In this document: one piece after another, positions 1-12,802 of the stretch | Layout of the letters: the number at the start of each line of letters is the position of its first letter | Numbering within the stretch: position 1 is the first letter of the stretch | Assembly: GCF_964194025.1 (NCBI RefSeq) | Contig: NC_134471.1 | Span: 63,364,001-63,428,000, forward strand | Direction of reading: 5' to 3' | Source of the DNA: Convolutriloba macropyga | Lineage: Eukaryota | Length of the DNA stretch: 64,000 nucleotides | Program-made: the position numbers and the translations under genes | The notes under the pieces: generated by a model | Told to the model about the DNA's origin: nothing | What the model saw: only the letters and a program-made list of their open reading frames with translations | The model's database searches: none

Positions 1-3000
1 TAGGTAGATTGTAAAACAAAAAAAAAATTTTGGCATAGCTCGCCTAGGAAAAAAGTTAGTTTTTCGTACGGAAATTTGCTATTATTTCAAATAAATAATT
101 TTAAAAATAGGTCTTTTTGATTAGGTCATAGAGTTGTCCAAACTGAACCAAATTTGGTATGGAGTATCCCAGTTCTACCGAGAGCGTAAAACAAAAAGAA
201 TTTTTGGTATAGCTTTGCTAGAAAAAAGTTCATATTTCAATCGGAAATATCGACTTATTTGCTTATTATTCGCTTATTCTATTTTCAAAAATATAGAAAT
301 TTTATCGGATCAAGGAGTTGTCCAAATCAAACCAAACATTTTATAGAGTGTCCCCTTCGTAGGTAGAGTGTAAAACAAAAAAAGTTTTGTATAGCTTGCC
401 TAGGAAAAAAGTTAGTATTTCATACGGAAATTTCGACTTATTCGCTTATTCTATTTTTAAAAATATAGAAATTTTATCGGATCAAGGAGTTGTGCAAATC
501 GAAGCAAACTCGGTATGGAGTATCCCATGTATACCTAGAGCGTAAAACAAAAAGAGTTTTTGGTATAGCTTTGCTCGAAAAAAAGTTCATATTTCAATCG
601 GAAATATCGATTTATTCGCTTATTATACGCTTATTCTATTTTCAAAAATATAGAAATTTTATCGGGGCAAGGAGTTGTCCAAATTGGAGCAAACTTGGTA
701 TGGACTATCCCATGTGTACCTAGAGCGTAAAACAGAAGAATTTTTGGGTATAGCTTGCCTAGGAATATCAATAACGAATTTCAAAAATAGGTCTTTTTCA
801 TTGGGTCAAGGAGTTGTTCAAAGTGAACCAAACTTGGAATAGAGTATCCCCTTTGTAGGTAGATTGTAAAACGAAAAAAATTTTTGGCATAGCTTGCCTA
901 GGAAAAAAGTTAGTTTTTCGTACGGAAATTTGCTATTATTTGAAATAAATAATTTAAAAAATAGGTCTTTTTGATTAGGTCATAGAGTTGTCCAAACTGA
1001 ACCAAATTTGGTATGGAGTATCCCAGTTCTACCTAGAGCGTAAAACAAAAAGAATTTTTGGTATAGCTTTGCTAGAAAAAAAGTTCATATTTCAATCGGA
1101 AATATCGACTTAATTGCTTAATATTCGCTTATTCTATTTTCAAAAATGTAGAAATTTTATCGGATCAAGGAGTTGTCCAAATCGAACCAAACTTGTTATA
1201 GAGTATCCCCTTTGTAGGTAGATTGTAAAACAAAAAAAATTTTTGGCATAGCTTGCCTAGGAAAAAAGTTAGTTTTTCGTACGGAAATTTGCTATTATTT
1301 CAAATAAATAATTTTAAAAATAGGTCTTTTTGATTAGGTCATAGAGTTGTCCAAACTGAACCAAATTTGGTATGGAGTATCCCAGTTCTACCGAGAGCGT
1401 AAAACAAAAAGAATTTTTGGTATAGCTTTGCTAGAAAAAAGTTCATATTTCAATCGGAAATATCGACTTATTTGCTTATTATTCGCTTATTCTATTTTCA
1501 AAAATATAGAAATTTTATCGGATCAAGGAGTTGTCCAAATCAAACCAAACTTGGCATAGAGTATTCCCTTTGTAGGTAGATTGTAAAACAAAAAAAAATT
1601 TTGGCATAGCTTGCCTAGGAAAAAAGTTAGTTTTTCGTACGGAAATTTGCTATTATTTCAAATAAATAATTTTAAAAATAGGTCTTTTTGATTAGGTCAT
1701 AGAGTTGTCCAAACTGAACCAAATTTGGTATGGAGTATCCCAGTTCTACCTACAGCGTAAAACAAAAAGAATTTTTGGTATAGCTTTGCTAGAAAAAAAG
1801 TTCAGATTTCAATCGGAAATATCGACTTATTTGCTTATTATTCGCTTATTCTATTTTCAAAAATATAGAAATTTTATTGGATCAAGGAGTTGTCCAAATC
1901 GAACCAAACTTGATATAGAGTATCCCCTTTGTAGGTAGATTGTAAAACAAAAAAAATTTTTGGCATAGCTTGCCTAGGAAAAAAGTTAGTTTTTCGTACG
2001 GAAATTTGCTATTATTTCAAATAAATTATTTTAAAAATAGGTGTTTTTGATTAGGTCATAGAGTTGTCCAAACTGAACCAAATTTGGTATGGAGTATCCC
2101 AGTTCTACCTAGAGCGTAAAACAAAAAGAATTTTTGGTATAGCTTTGCTAGAAAAAGTTCATATTTCAATCGGAAATATCGACTTATTTGCTTATTATAC
2201 GCTTATTCTATTTTCAAAAGTATAGAAATTTTATCGGATCAAGGAGTTGTCCAAATCGAACCAAACTCCGTATGGACTATCCCATAGGTACCTAGAGCGT
2301 AAAACAGAAAAAAAAATTTGGTATAGCTTGCCTAGCAAAAAAGTTAGTATTTCGTACGGAAATTTGCTAATATTTCAAATAAATAATTTTAAAAATAGGT
2401 CTTTTTGATTAGGTCATAGAGTTGTCCAAACTGAACCAAATTTGGTATGGAGTATCCCTGTTCTACCTACAGCGTAAAAGAAAAAGAATTTTTGGTATAG
2501 CTTTGCTAGAAAAAAATGTTCATATTTCAATCGGAAATATCGACTTATTTGCTTATTATACGCTTATTCTATTTTCAAAAGTACAGAAATTTTATCGGAT
2601 CAAGGGGTTGTCCAAATCGAACCAAACTCCGTATGGACTATCCCATGTGTACCTAGAGCGTAAAACAGAAAAAATTTTTGGGATAGCTTGCCTAGGAAAA
2701 AAGTTAGTATTTCGTACGGAAATTTGCTATTATTTCAAATAAATAATTTTAAAAATAGGTCTTTTTGATTAGGTCATAGAGTTGTCCAAACTGAACCAAA
2801 ATTGGTATGGAGTATCCCAGGTCTAATTAGAGCGTAAAACAAGAAGAATTTTTGGTATAGCTTTGCTAGAAAAAAAGTTCGTATTTCAATCGGAAATATC
2901 GACTTATTTGCTTATTATACGCTTATTCTATTTTCAAAAGTATAGAAATTTTATCGGGTCAAGGAGTTGTCCAAATTGAACCAATTTTGGTATAGATTAT

Positions 3001-5760
3001 CCCCCTTGTAGGTAGAGTGTAAAACAAAAAGAATTTTTGGTGTAGCTTGCCTAGGAAAAAAAGTTAGTATTTCGTACGGAAATTTGCTATTATTTCAAAT
3101 AAATAATTTTAAAAATAGGTCTTTTTGATTAGGTCATAGAGTTGTCCAAACTGAACCAAATTTGGTATGGAGTATCCCAGTTCTACCTAGATCGTAAAAC
3201 GAAAAGAATTTTTGGTATAGCTTTGCTAGAAAAAAAGTTCATATTTCAATCGGAAATATCGACTTATTTGCTTATTATACGCTTATTCTATTTTCAAAAT
3301 TATAGAAATTTTATCGGATCAAGGGGTTGTCCAAATCGAACCAAACTCCGTATGGACTATCCCATGTGTACCTAGAGCGTAAAACAGAAAAAATTTTTGG
3401 GATAGCTTGCCTAGGAAAAAAGTTAGTATTTCGTACGGAAATTTGCTATTATTTCAAATAAATAATTTTAAAAATAGGTCTTTTTGATTAGGTCATAGAG
3501 TTGTCCAAACTGAACCAAAATTGGTATGGAGTATCCCAGGTCTAATTAGAGCGTAAAACAAGAAGAATTTTTGGTATAGCTTTGCTAGAAAAAAAGTTCG
3601 TATTTCAATCGGAAATATCGACTTATTTGCTTATTATACGCTTATTCTATTTTCAAAAGTATAGAAATTTTATCGGGTCAAGGAGTTGTCCAAATTGAAC
3701 CAATTTTGGTATAGATTATCCCCCTTGTAGGTAGAGTGTAAAACAAAAAGAATTTTTGGTGTAGCTCGCCTAGGAAAAAAAGTTAGTATTTCGTACGGAA
3801 ATTTGCTATTATTTCAAATAAATAATTTTAAAAATAGGTCTTTTTGATTAGGTCATAGAGTTGTCCAAACTGAACCAAATTTGGTATGGAGTATCCCAGT
3901 TCTACCTAGAGCGTTAAACGAAAAGAATTTTTGGTATAGCTTTGCTAGAAAAAAGTTCAAATTTCAATCGGAAATATCGACTTATTTGCTTATTATACGC
4001 TTATTCTATTTTCAAAAGTATAGAAATTTTATCGGATCAAGGAGTTGTCCAAATCGAACCAAACTCCGTATGGACTATCCCATGTGTACCTAGAGCGTAA
4101 AACAGAAAAAGTTTTTGGGATAGCTTGCCTAGGAAAAAAGTTAGTATTTCGTACGGAAATTTGCTATTATTTCAAATAAATAATTTTAAAAATAGGTCTT
4201 TTTGATTAGGTCATAGAGTTGTCCAAACTGAACCAAATTTGGTATGGAGTATCCCAGGTCTAATTAGAGCGTAAAACAAGAAGAATTTTTGTGGTATAGC
4301 TTTGCTAGAAAAAAAGTTCGTATTTCAATCGGAAATATCGACTTATTCGCTTACGCTTATTCTATTTTCAAAAATATAGAAATTTCATCGGGTCAAGGAG
4401 TTGTCCAAATTGAACCAATTTTGGTATAGAGTATCCCCTTTGTAGGTAGAGTGTAAAACAAAAAGAATTTTTGGTGTAGCTTGCCTAGGAAAAAAGTTAG
4501 TTTTTCATACGGAAATTTCGACCTTTTCGCTTAGGATTATTCTATTTTCAAAAATATAGAAATTTCATCGGGTCAAGGAGTTGTCCAAATTGAACCAAAC
4601 TTGGTTTTGGGTATCCCCTTTGAAGGTAGAGTGTAAAACAAAAAGAATTTTTGCAAAAGCTTGTCTAGAAAAAAGTTTGTATTTCGATCGGAAATATCTA
4701 CTTATTCGCTTATTCGATTTTCAAAAATATAGAAATTTCATCGAGTCAAGGAGTTGTCCAAATTGAACCAAACTTGGTATGGAGTATCCCATGTGTACTT
4801 AGAGTGTAAAGCAAAAAAATTTTTGGTATAGCTTGCCTAGGAAAAGAGTTAGTTTTCCATACGGAAATTTCGACTTATTCGCTTATTCTATTTTCAAAAT
4901 TATAGAAATTTTATCGGATCTAGGAGTCGTCCACATTGAACCAAACTTGGTATGGAGTATCCCATGTGTGTCTAGAGTGTAAAGCGAAAAGAATTTTTGG
5001 TATAGCTTGCCTAGGAAAAAAGTTAATTTTTCATACGGAAATTTCGACTCATTCGCTTATTCTATTTTCAAAAATATAGAAATTTTTATCGGATCAAGGA
5101 GTCGTCCACATTGAACCAAACTTGGTATGGAGTATCCCATGTGTGTCTAGAGTGTAAAGCGAAAAGAATTTTTGGTATAGCTTGCCTAGGAAAAAAGTTA
5201 GTTTTTCATACGGAAATTTCGACTTATTCGCTTATTCTATTTTCAAAAATATAGAAATTTCATCGCTCAACGAGTTGTCCAAAGTGAACCAAACTTGGTA
5301 TGGAGTATTCCATGTGTACCTAGAGTGTAAAGCGAAAAGAATTTTTGGTATAGCTTGCTTAGGAAAAAAAGTCAGTTTCTCATACGGAAATTTCGACTTA
5401 TTCGCTTATTCTATTTTCAAAAATATAGAAATTTCATCGGATCAAGGAGTTGTCCAAATTGAACCAAACTTGGTATGGAGTATCCCATGTGTACCTAGAG
5501 TGTAAAACAAAAAGAATTTTTGGTATAGCTTGCCTAGGAAAAAAGTTAGTTTTTCATACGGAAATTTCGACTTATTCGCTTATTATACGCTTATTCTATT
5601 TTCAAAAATATCGAAATTTCATCGGATCAAGGAGTTGTCCAAATTGAAGCAAACTTGGTATGGAGTATCCCATGTGTATCTAGAGTGTAAAGCAAAAAGA
5701 ATTTTTGATATAGCTTGTCTAGAAAAAAAAGTTAGTTTTGCGTACGGTTTTTTTGAAAAA
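1..5760. repeat. Tandem satellite array, ~170-185 bp monomer; A/B dimers (~358-360 bp) and ~720-bp tetramers towards the window start, diverged monomers at the right edge
   Basis: Recurring GAGTTGTCCAAA(C/T)..GAACCAAA...TTTTTGGTATAGCTT. Near-identical spurious ORFs recur at 1347/1705 (358 bp apart) and 2422/3142 (720 bp apart). Confidence 0.97.
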
Positions 5761-5852
5761 AATATAGAGTTAAAAATGGGTGGGACGCCTTTCGGGCGTC
5801 AAGATTTTTCGGTGCTCTCCCTCCCCCCTCCCCTCTTTCTTTCGCCCCTGTT

Positions 5853-5990
5853 TTCGTCTCTCGCTCGTGTCTCGCGTTCTCTCGCTATCGTCTCATGTTC
5901 TCTCGCTCGTCTCGCGTTCTCTCGCTCGTCTCTCGCGTTGTCTCGCGTTCTCTCGCTCGTCTCTCCCGTTGTCTCGCTCGTCTCTCGCTT
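5853..5990. repeat. Low-complexity (TCTCGC/TCTCGCTCG)-type microsatellite
   Basis: Repeated tctctcgctcgtctcgcgt units read directly. Confidence 0.9.
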
Positions 5991-6310
5991 CGGTCTTTTG
6001 ATTTGAGTCTATGATTTGTGTTTATGATGTATCATATATGTTTATGTTGATTTCAGCTTTCTTGAATGAGTGTCAAAAAAAGTCTTAATGATAAAAAAGT
6101 CTTATTAGAGGTTCATTTTATTCTTAATACTGATAGTTAGACACCTTGAATTTTGCTCACCATAGCAAAAAAAGGCATGTCTCCTATTAGTAGAAAGATG
6201 TTCATGTACCTCACGTAAAAAAGACTTTATATGTGGATTTGTGGACTGATGGAACCCTCTGGCGTCTTCATCTTCAATGGGCATCTACAAGCATAAAAGG
6301 TTAGTTTTTT

Positions 6311-6960
6311 GTCTGATCATGAACGCACGAATAGTCTGGCGAACGCACGAAAGACTGATCATGAACGCACGAAAGTCTGGACATGAACGCGCTTAAGTCT
6401 GATGAACGCACAAAAAAATTGTGCGTTCATCAGAACTTTAGTGCGTTCATGTCCAGACTTTCGTCCGTTCATGATCAGACTTTCGTGCGTTCACCAGACT
6501 ATTCGTGCGTTCATGATCAGTTTTCGTGCGTTCACCAGACTATTCGTGCGTTCATGATCAGACTTTCGTGCGTTCACCAGACTTTTCGTGCGTTCATGAT
6601 CAGACTTTCGCGCGTTCACCAGACTATTCGTGCGTTCATGATCAGACTTTCGAGCGTTCACCAGACTATTCGTGCGTTCATGATCAGACTTTCGTGCGTT
6701 CACCAGACTATTCGTGCGTTCATGATCAGATTTTCGTGCGTTCACCAGACTATTCGTGCGTTCATGATCAGACTTTCGTGCGTTCACCAGACTATTCGTG
6801 CGTTCATGATCAGACTTTCGTGCGTTCACCAGACTATTCGTGCGTTCATGATCAGACTTTCGTGCGTTTTTCCTTGTTTCCAGACCATGTAAATTTGAAC
6901 GCACGACAGCCCCGTCGTGCGTTCATCTGGGTCTGGACATATCGACTTTCCATCTGGGAC
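6311..6960. repeat. Foldback minisatellite: 42-bp tandem unit (two related ~20-22 bp halves) with an inverted left arm; probable non-autonomous element
   Basis: TTCGTGCGTTCACCAGACTA/TTCGTGCGTTCATGATCAGACT repeats at 6420-6870. Reverse-complement copies (GAACGCACGAA) at 6311-6410. Hairpin TGAACGCACGAC..GTCGTGCGTTCA near 6896-6925. Confidence 0.88.
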
Positions 6961-7398
6961 CTCAACCTGGGTACTCCAAACTAAAAAAGAGCTGTAATTA
7001 AAATTGAGACCATTGTTCTATGTTAGAGTTACAAGTTAGAAAATGCTGGCAAAATGATGAGCGTGACGCTGTCTGTTGCCAAAAAACACTCTGTTATATG
7101 TCAGCACAAATGATGTTACTCAGAAAAAAGCTCTAATGACAACAATTAGAAGGACATGGTTTATAATCTAGGTCATTCTAAGGCAAACCCGATGTGGGCT
7201 CCTTTTACAGCCTTAAGGTATAAAGATCTAGGGCTACTAATTTCCGCGCGCGAAGTAGACTTACCTATATCTCTAAGACTAACCTACTCTGTAAAACACT
7301 GAGAGTAAACTTCTATTATTATGTTGGTTAAGAAGTATAGCACCGGAGTCAATGGTGTACACATGGTGTATCTAACTAAAAGACTGACTATAGTTAGT

Positions 7399-7915
7399 TC
7401 AGTTCTCTCTATAAAAAAGAGAATAGTGTCTTCTCAGTGTCTGATTGGTTGAAGGTGCACATTCAGTATTTTCACTGCTACATCCATCCGGGGTTGAGAG
7501 TTTCAAATCCGAATCTGTGAAATGTAGCAGAAATACGTTGAATGTGTCATCCTCGTTGAAAAGTAGGGCCGAGTGAGTGATGAGTTGTGTCCTCTCTGAA
7601 GTGGATTGTGACTTGTATTGTCGTTTGAAGTCCCTGTCAGTGAAGAAGTGACTAGTGTCGTCAGTGAAGAGGTTTGTCATGTGAAACCAGTAAGGGTGCC
7701 AGTTACAGGGTGTGCTGGCCAGTCTCACTCCCGTTGAGAGTATGCCCAACTGCTCTCACTGTCCTGTAGAGGATTTATTCCCAGTTGGAGGATCGCTTGT
7801 AGTCCGTAGTCTCTGTCTGGTTTGCACGAGGAGATTTCCGTTTATCTCCACCTGGTACAAGGTTTTTGAACTAGTCGGATTTACCAGCTTAGCGTCTGGT
7901 GGAAATCCATCATTT
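7399..7915 (-). pseudogene. Retroelement 3'-most accessory ORF, unknown function
   Basis: ORF 7399-7749 (STPCNWHPYWFH...LLFNEDD) extends upstream through one stop (VEINGNLLVQTRQRLRTT). Confidence 0.45.
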
Positions 7916-8134
7916 ATCTACTGTGTGAGCTACTTTTTCTATTAAATATATTAGTGAAATTTAATACCTTCTTTTGTAAGTCCCGACCGGGGAGAAGAAG
8001 AAAATGACTGATCCTAATCTTCAGTCTTGTGGGAGATATATGGAGAGATATATTCTGTAGAAAGGAAAAAACTAAGAGAATAAAGAAAGAGAACAGAAGA
8101 AAGAAAAATAGGTTTAGGTGAGTTTTTTGAGATC

Positions 8135-8393
8135 AGTGAGTCTTGTTTTGTGAGTCTGTGAGCCCAAGTTGGTGCTGTAGGTCTGCTGCCTACGTCTGGT
8201 ACTCGAACTCGAAATCGGGAGCCCGATTGTCTGGATCACGGAAGAAGGCGCTGAGTTCCGGATCACGTGCCAGACAAGCAGCAATGGCACGGGGTTACAG
8301 ATCAGCGTTAAAGTGTGGTTGTAACGCAAGAAGGTGATTGAAGATCTGTATTTCTTCTTGTGAGGGCTGTCGATTGTCGAGTTCATCGGCCAT
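8135..8393 (-). pseudogene. Small retroelement accessory ORF (~85 aa, helical/acidic)
   Basis: Manual translation from ATG 8393: MADELDNRQPSQEEIQIFNHLLALQPHFNADL*PRAIAACLARDPELSAFFRDPDNRAPDFEFEYQT*AADLQHQLGL, with two point-mutation-type stops. Confidence 0.45.
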
Positions 8394-8789
8394 CCAGTCT
8401 CTCTAGAGGAGGTTGAAAGTGTGGCCATAGGTACACTTCGTGGCGCCTCCTTCTACACTTTGTAGATATTTGATTGGGACGAGGATGGGGCGATTAGTCT
8501 TGGCATAGAGTGGAGAAAAGATGAAATAGTTTCTATTAGGGTCAAAATTACGGAGGGTGCCTTCAAGAGTTGGGTTGAAATATGTAGCTGAAGTTAATAT
8601 AATATGGTGAAGTCAGCTTTGTGTTAGTATACTGAAGACGCGATTTCATGTGGATGATGGGGTTGGTGTGTTGAAAATGATGCTGCAAAAACAATTAGTT
8701 GTGCATCGTGTGAAGCATTTTCACCCGATTAACATTGTGAGTGGTGTTATTTACATCCATCTGTGTGGGATGTAAAAAACCAAATTGTA

Positions 8790-10120
8790 GATAGAAGGGG
8801 TCGTATTTAGCATTTATTTTGTAGGGTGCAGTGTCGCGAGTAAAGAATGTTTTAAGGTAATCGTTGGGCGATCTTTAAATGCAAATAAGTACTTTGGCAG
8901 ATGCCAAAATCGTTCCGTGAACCGAAGATTTAGGGGGAAGTTTAGGCATTCAAGATGCAGGTCCTTGTCCCATCCCTCATGGCCATATTCCTTCTCCAAT
9001 TGTCCAGGAGAACAGGAACTGGCTGTTGGTTTCAGCGTGTGCTGAGGCGGGGTGGAGGTAAAACTGATTCTCTCTGGCACATGTATACCCTGGATGGTAT
9101 TAATGCCGAGAGGGTTTGTAAACTCGTGGAATCTGAAATTTGGTCCTTGTGACCTGTGTGGAATGCCGTGTGTTGGTGCGAAAGGGTTAGGCCTTCTGCG
9201 AGAAGATGAGGGCTGTGGGCCTCGTGAAGGGCTCGCTGAGTGACGAGCTGGCGATTGGGAAACCTGTATCGGTGAGGAGCGAACGGGATATATTTCGTGT
9301 GCTATTGCCCGTGCGCGCCTCTTAGGTGAGGGTTCAGCACGGGTAGTTGTCGGTTGACGTGGGTCGGTTGTAGGGGGTCGGCTGAGGGAAAGATTGTTGA
9401 GGCCTTAGTGGTGGTAGAGCCGGGCCGTACCTCGGTGAGGCTACCGGCGGGCGTTGTGTATGCGGTGTTGGCATCACTGGCGGTGGGTAAACCAGTGGCT
9501 GTGATCGTGCTCGTGCTCCACGGATCCTACCAGAGTACGCCAAATTGGGGACAACCGTCTCTGGTGTGGAGTGACCTGACTGTTCCGCTGTGGGCACTTC
9601 ATCAGCCCAGGATGGAATGTTCGTAGGCTGGATTGGTGGTTGTGCTTTGGATGCTGCTTTGTTCGCAGTAGAAAAGAGTGGAGGTGGCTGCGGCACCTGG
9701 TTGGTTCCCTGGACGAGTAGCTCTTGTGACGAGCTTTGCAGTCCTGTAGGGACTGAGGGTGAGCTCGTGTCACTGTCGATGTACAGGTGAAGTTCACCCG
9801 AGCTCGAAGAAGAAGTGGCGGGTGAAGGCAGTTGGTTCACCCGCGCAAAATTGGCTGTGTCCACAGACTGTGGCTATGGGGAAGATTGCACCATCGTGAA
9901 GAGGGCGGGTGTTTGCTTTTTGCAAACTGGTTCGGTTACTGTTGGTGCCAGCTCCAATGGAGTGAGGGGTGATGGCAGAATGTCATCAACCTCCAGCATG
10001 ATGAGGTCATATGATGTAGGATCGACATTTCGGGGGATTGGTGAGCCTCCTTCTTGGTGGGTAGGAACTGCAGTGGAGTTACTAAAACAGAAGTGTGTTA
10101 AAGACGAGTACTCGGGAGGT
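8790..10120 (-). pseudogene. Pro/Ser/Thr-rich accessory ORF downstream of env
   Basis: ORF 9334-9864 continues upstream in frame (PPEYSSLTHF...PTVTEPV). GC-richer, coding-like composition. The downstream fragment 8814-9080 may belong to it. Confidence 0.5.
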
Positions 10121-10277
10121 TAAGGAAAAGTTCCTCCGGAATTTCCTGGTAGTCAGGATCTTTATCAAGAGAGTCGCGTGAAAGAGAAATTCCACGCGAG
10201 CGTGTACGCTTATTAGGTTGAAAAGTGTGTAGTTGTAACGATTGAAAATCTGGTTTCCTACGAGAATCAATTGCTGT

Positions 10278-12802
10278 TTAATAGCATTGATAAATAGAAG
10301 CTGGTAGAGTGGAGGTATGCCGTTTATTTGAGTTGTTGTGTGCAGGAGAGGAGAATTTTTTATAGAAATTTTCAAACTTTTTGTGTAATAAATTCAATTC
10401 ATGTTGAGAGTGTGGAGTGCAACTGTCGATTGAGTGTCTACGTCGTTTTTTAGGTGAAGGTGGTTTATAATGTGTGGAATCGGATTGTAGCACATGGAAT
10501 ATTGTTTGTGAGAATACTCCAAAAAATCCAGAGGTTATAATTTTAGCCAATGTGATATTGGATCCTAAAAGTGATATTAGATTATAGGTGTTAAATGCGC
10601 TGCAAAATAGGCCGAAAAAGCACTGTAAAAAATTAAAAACAGTCCATATTATGGCCATTTCTTTTAATACGTACCAAGGGTATCCAAAGGTTCCTATGAA
10701 GGATTCTTTTAAATAGTTGCCGTTAATCAAGTCACGCCAATCAAGTCGGCGGAGGGTGAATTCTTTGCCGTTAATAAAGAGTATGTTAAAATAATCATTA
10801 TATTCTGTGCGTAATTGTGAGAACTCTGCTTGTAATTGTGCTTGTTTTGCAAGATCTGCAAAAATTACTGCGCGTGCTACTTCAAATTTTTCCACTGCTT
10901 CGTCAGCTAATTGAATAAATTTCGTCTTATCTATTGGTTTAGTCCAGTCGTGTTGACTGTAGATTCCAAGTTGTTGCGCGGTAATATCAACGTGGGTAAG
11001 TGGTTTTCAACTTCGTTAGGCGTGAAAATTTTAACGGGGTTTCGCGCCTTAATTGGATAGGGTGTTAAGCGATATGTGCCATTGCCGTCTGCGTCGAGTG
11101 AGATTTGTTGATCAAATTTTTCGGATTTACATGGTGCTTTAATCGACCAGGGGAAAGTCATACGGATGACTTGGTCTGCGAGTTGTAATCAATTTTGATA
11201 GTATGTAGGAATACGTTCGAAACACTGATTTTCTAATACATAAAGGGGTGATAAAACAACTTTACATTGGAAGAATGAAATTACAATTTGACTTTTATGT
11301 ATAGCGAATGTGTGTCGCTATCCTGTAATTATATAACCAACTAAAGGAAGTTTCTGTGTGAGTAAAATGAAAGCGGTTTGTTTCAAGTCGCGGTCTCAGT
11401 CGCAAAATTTCTTATAAACACTCAAGCTTGTTAGATCCATTTCGAGCAAGACTTGACTGATCATGTAATCAAGCTTTGCATTGATTTGGACATTAGGGTG
11501 AACAGCGCCAAACCAATTTTATTTTCTAAATAACTCGTTTTTTTTCTGATTTGTGATATAATTGTGATTCTTGTGGAATAACATATCCATCACGGATATT
11601 TGCGTCTGTGTAAGCTGTTAAAGAGGGTGGTCCGTCAGTTACTGTGATCTCTGTGTTATCAAAGTCGGGTGACTGTTTTCCTGCGACAAAATTAAAACCT
11701 TCTTTGTATTGTATAAAAACGTCTTGGTATTGGGTGGCATAATATGGGCGGTCTTCATTACATTTGTAGAAAGCTTTTGTGAGAACCTCGAAACGAGAAA
11801 GTGCGGATTCATAATAAAGGTGTTTTTGAAAACGACTTGAATACATGTGTGCATTGTGTTTATGACCAGAATTGGTTTCATTATTTTCGAGTGTTACAAT
11901 GAAGTATCTTCAATGATGATATTCCAACATCAAAAATACGGCAGTGGTTTTCGGGTTCCCAAATTACTGTGGCTTTAATAGCGTGATTTGGAGGGCATTG
12001 ACCTCGTTCTAGATCACACTTTATGCGAACTTTGCCATAGTACATGTGTTCTGAGGCAACATCGATAGTGAGAGTGATGTTAGTTAATTGGAGTGACCAT
12101 CCTAGTGTGTGGACGACATGATAATCGTTTTCTGGGTCTTTACCGGGACTGTTAGCCCAGGGATTATCTGCGGCATTAGGAATCCAGTTATGATCCCGTA
12201 GGTTATAAACCATGCTACCGTGTTGGAAAGAAAGGGGTCTATAACGATCTAAACGAAAACGACATTGTTTTTCTTCTATATTACTTTGCCAGCGGGGGGT
12301 CGTCTAGTACGTCGAATTGTATCATTTGAGGGCGATAGGGGTTTTTACTTATAAGACCAACGCGTGCAAGTTCTCGACGAGCTTCAATTTCTCTTGGAAA
12401 GAAAGGTCGTTCCATTATATTAACATACCGATTATTGTGATCAAACCGAAAACCTCTTTTGAGTGCGATTTTGTGACAAAAGCTTTCCTTATCGCTAAGT
12501 TTAGCTAAGTTTGGCGTAAGCGCATATTTTAGTGTTCTGATTTGTGAAAAAATTTGAACTTGGGCGGGGAGGATTTTAAAATCGGCCGGCTTAATTTTAC
12601 ATTCGCCAATTTTTTTGAGTTTACAATATTGAATATTTGTGATATGCTTTGGTGAACAATCATAGTGCGTGACGACAAGATATTGTATGCCTGTTTTAGT
12701 TGTAGAAATGTTATGTTGGTCAACTTTAATTGGTTGTTTTATTGGAAGCGGACATGGAAGGAATAAATTAAGTAATATGAGAGTCAAATTTGTAGTGGAC
12801 AT
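10278..12802 (-). pseudogene. env: env-like envelope glycoprotein, class III (herpes gB / chuvirus G-like) fusogen, frameshifted
   Basis: Signal peptide (MSTTNLTLILLNLFLPC), VVTHYDCS..L..IGEC, CDLERGQC...TVIWEPENHC, CNEDRPYYATQY, CFERIPTYY..ADQVIR..APC, and a C-terminal hydrophobic segment (IIWTVFNFLQCFFGLF). Lies downstream of IN on the same strand. Confidence 0.78.

Noticed and set aside
134-6006. Family of repeated 60-158 aa ORFs (MSKLNQIWYG...)
   Set aside because: By-products of the satellite: TTG starts, frames shift with homopolymer indels.
6383-6984. Repeat-protein ORFs or a CRISPR-like array
   Set aside because: The 42-bp unit is a multiple of 3 and open on both strands. There are no unique spacers and no cas genes, and the context is eukaryotic.
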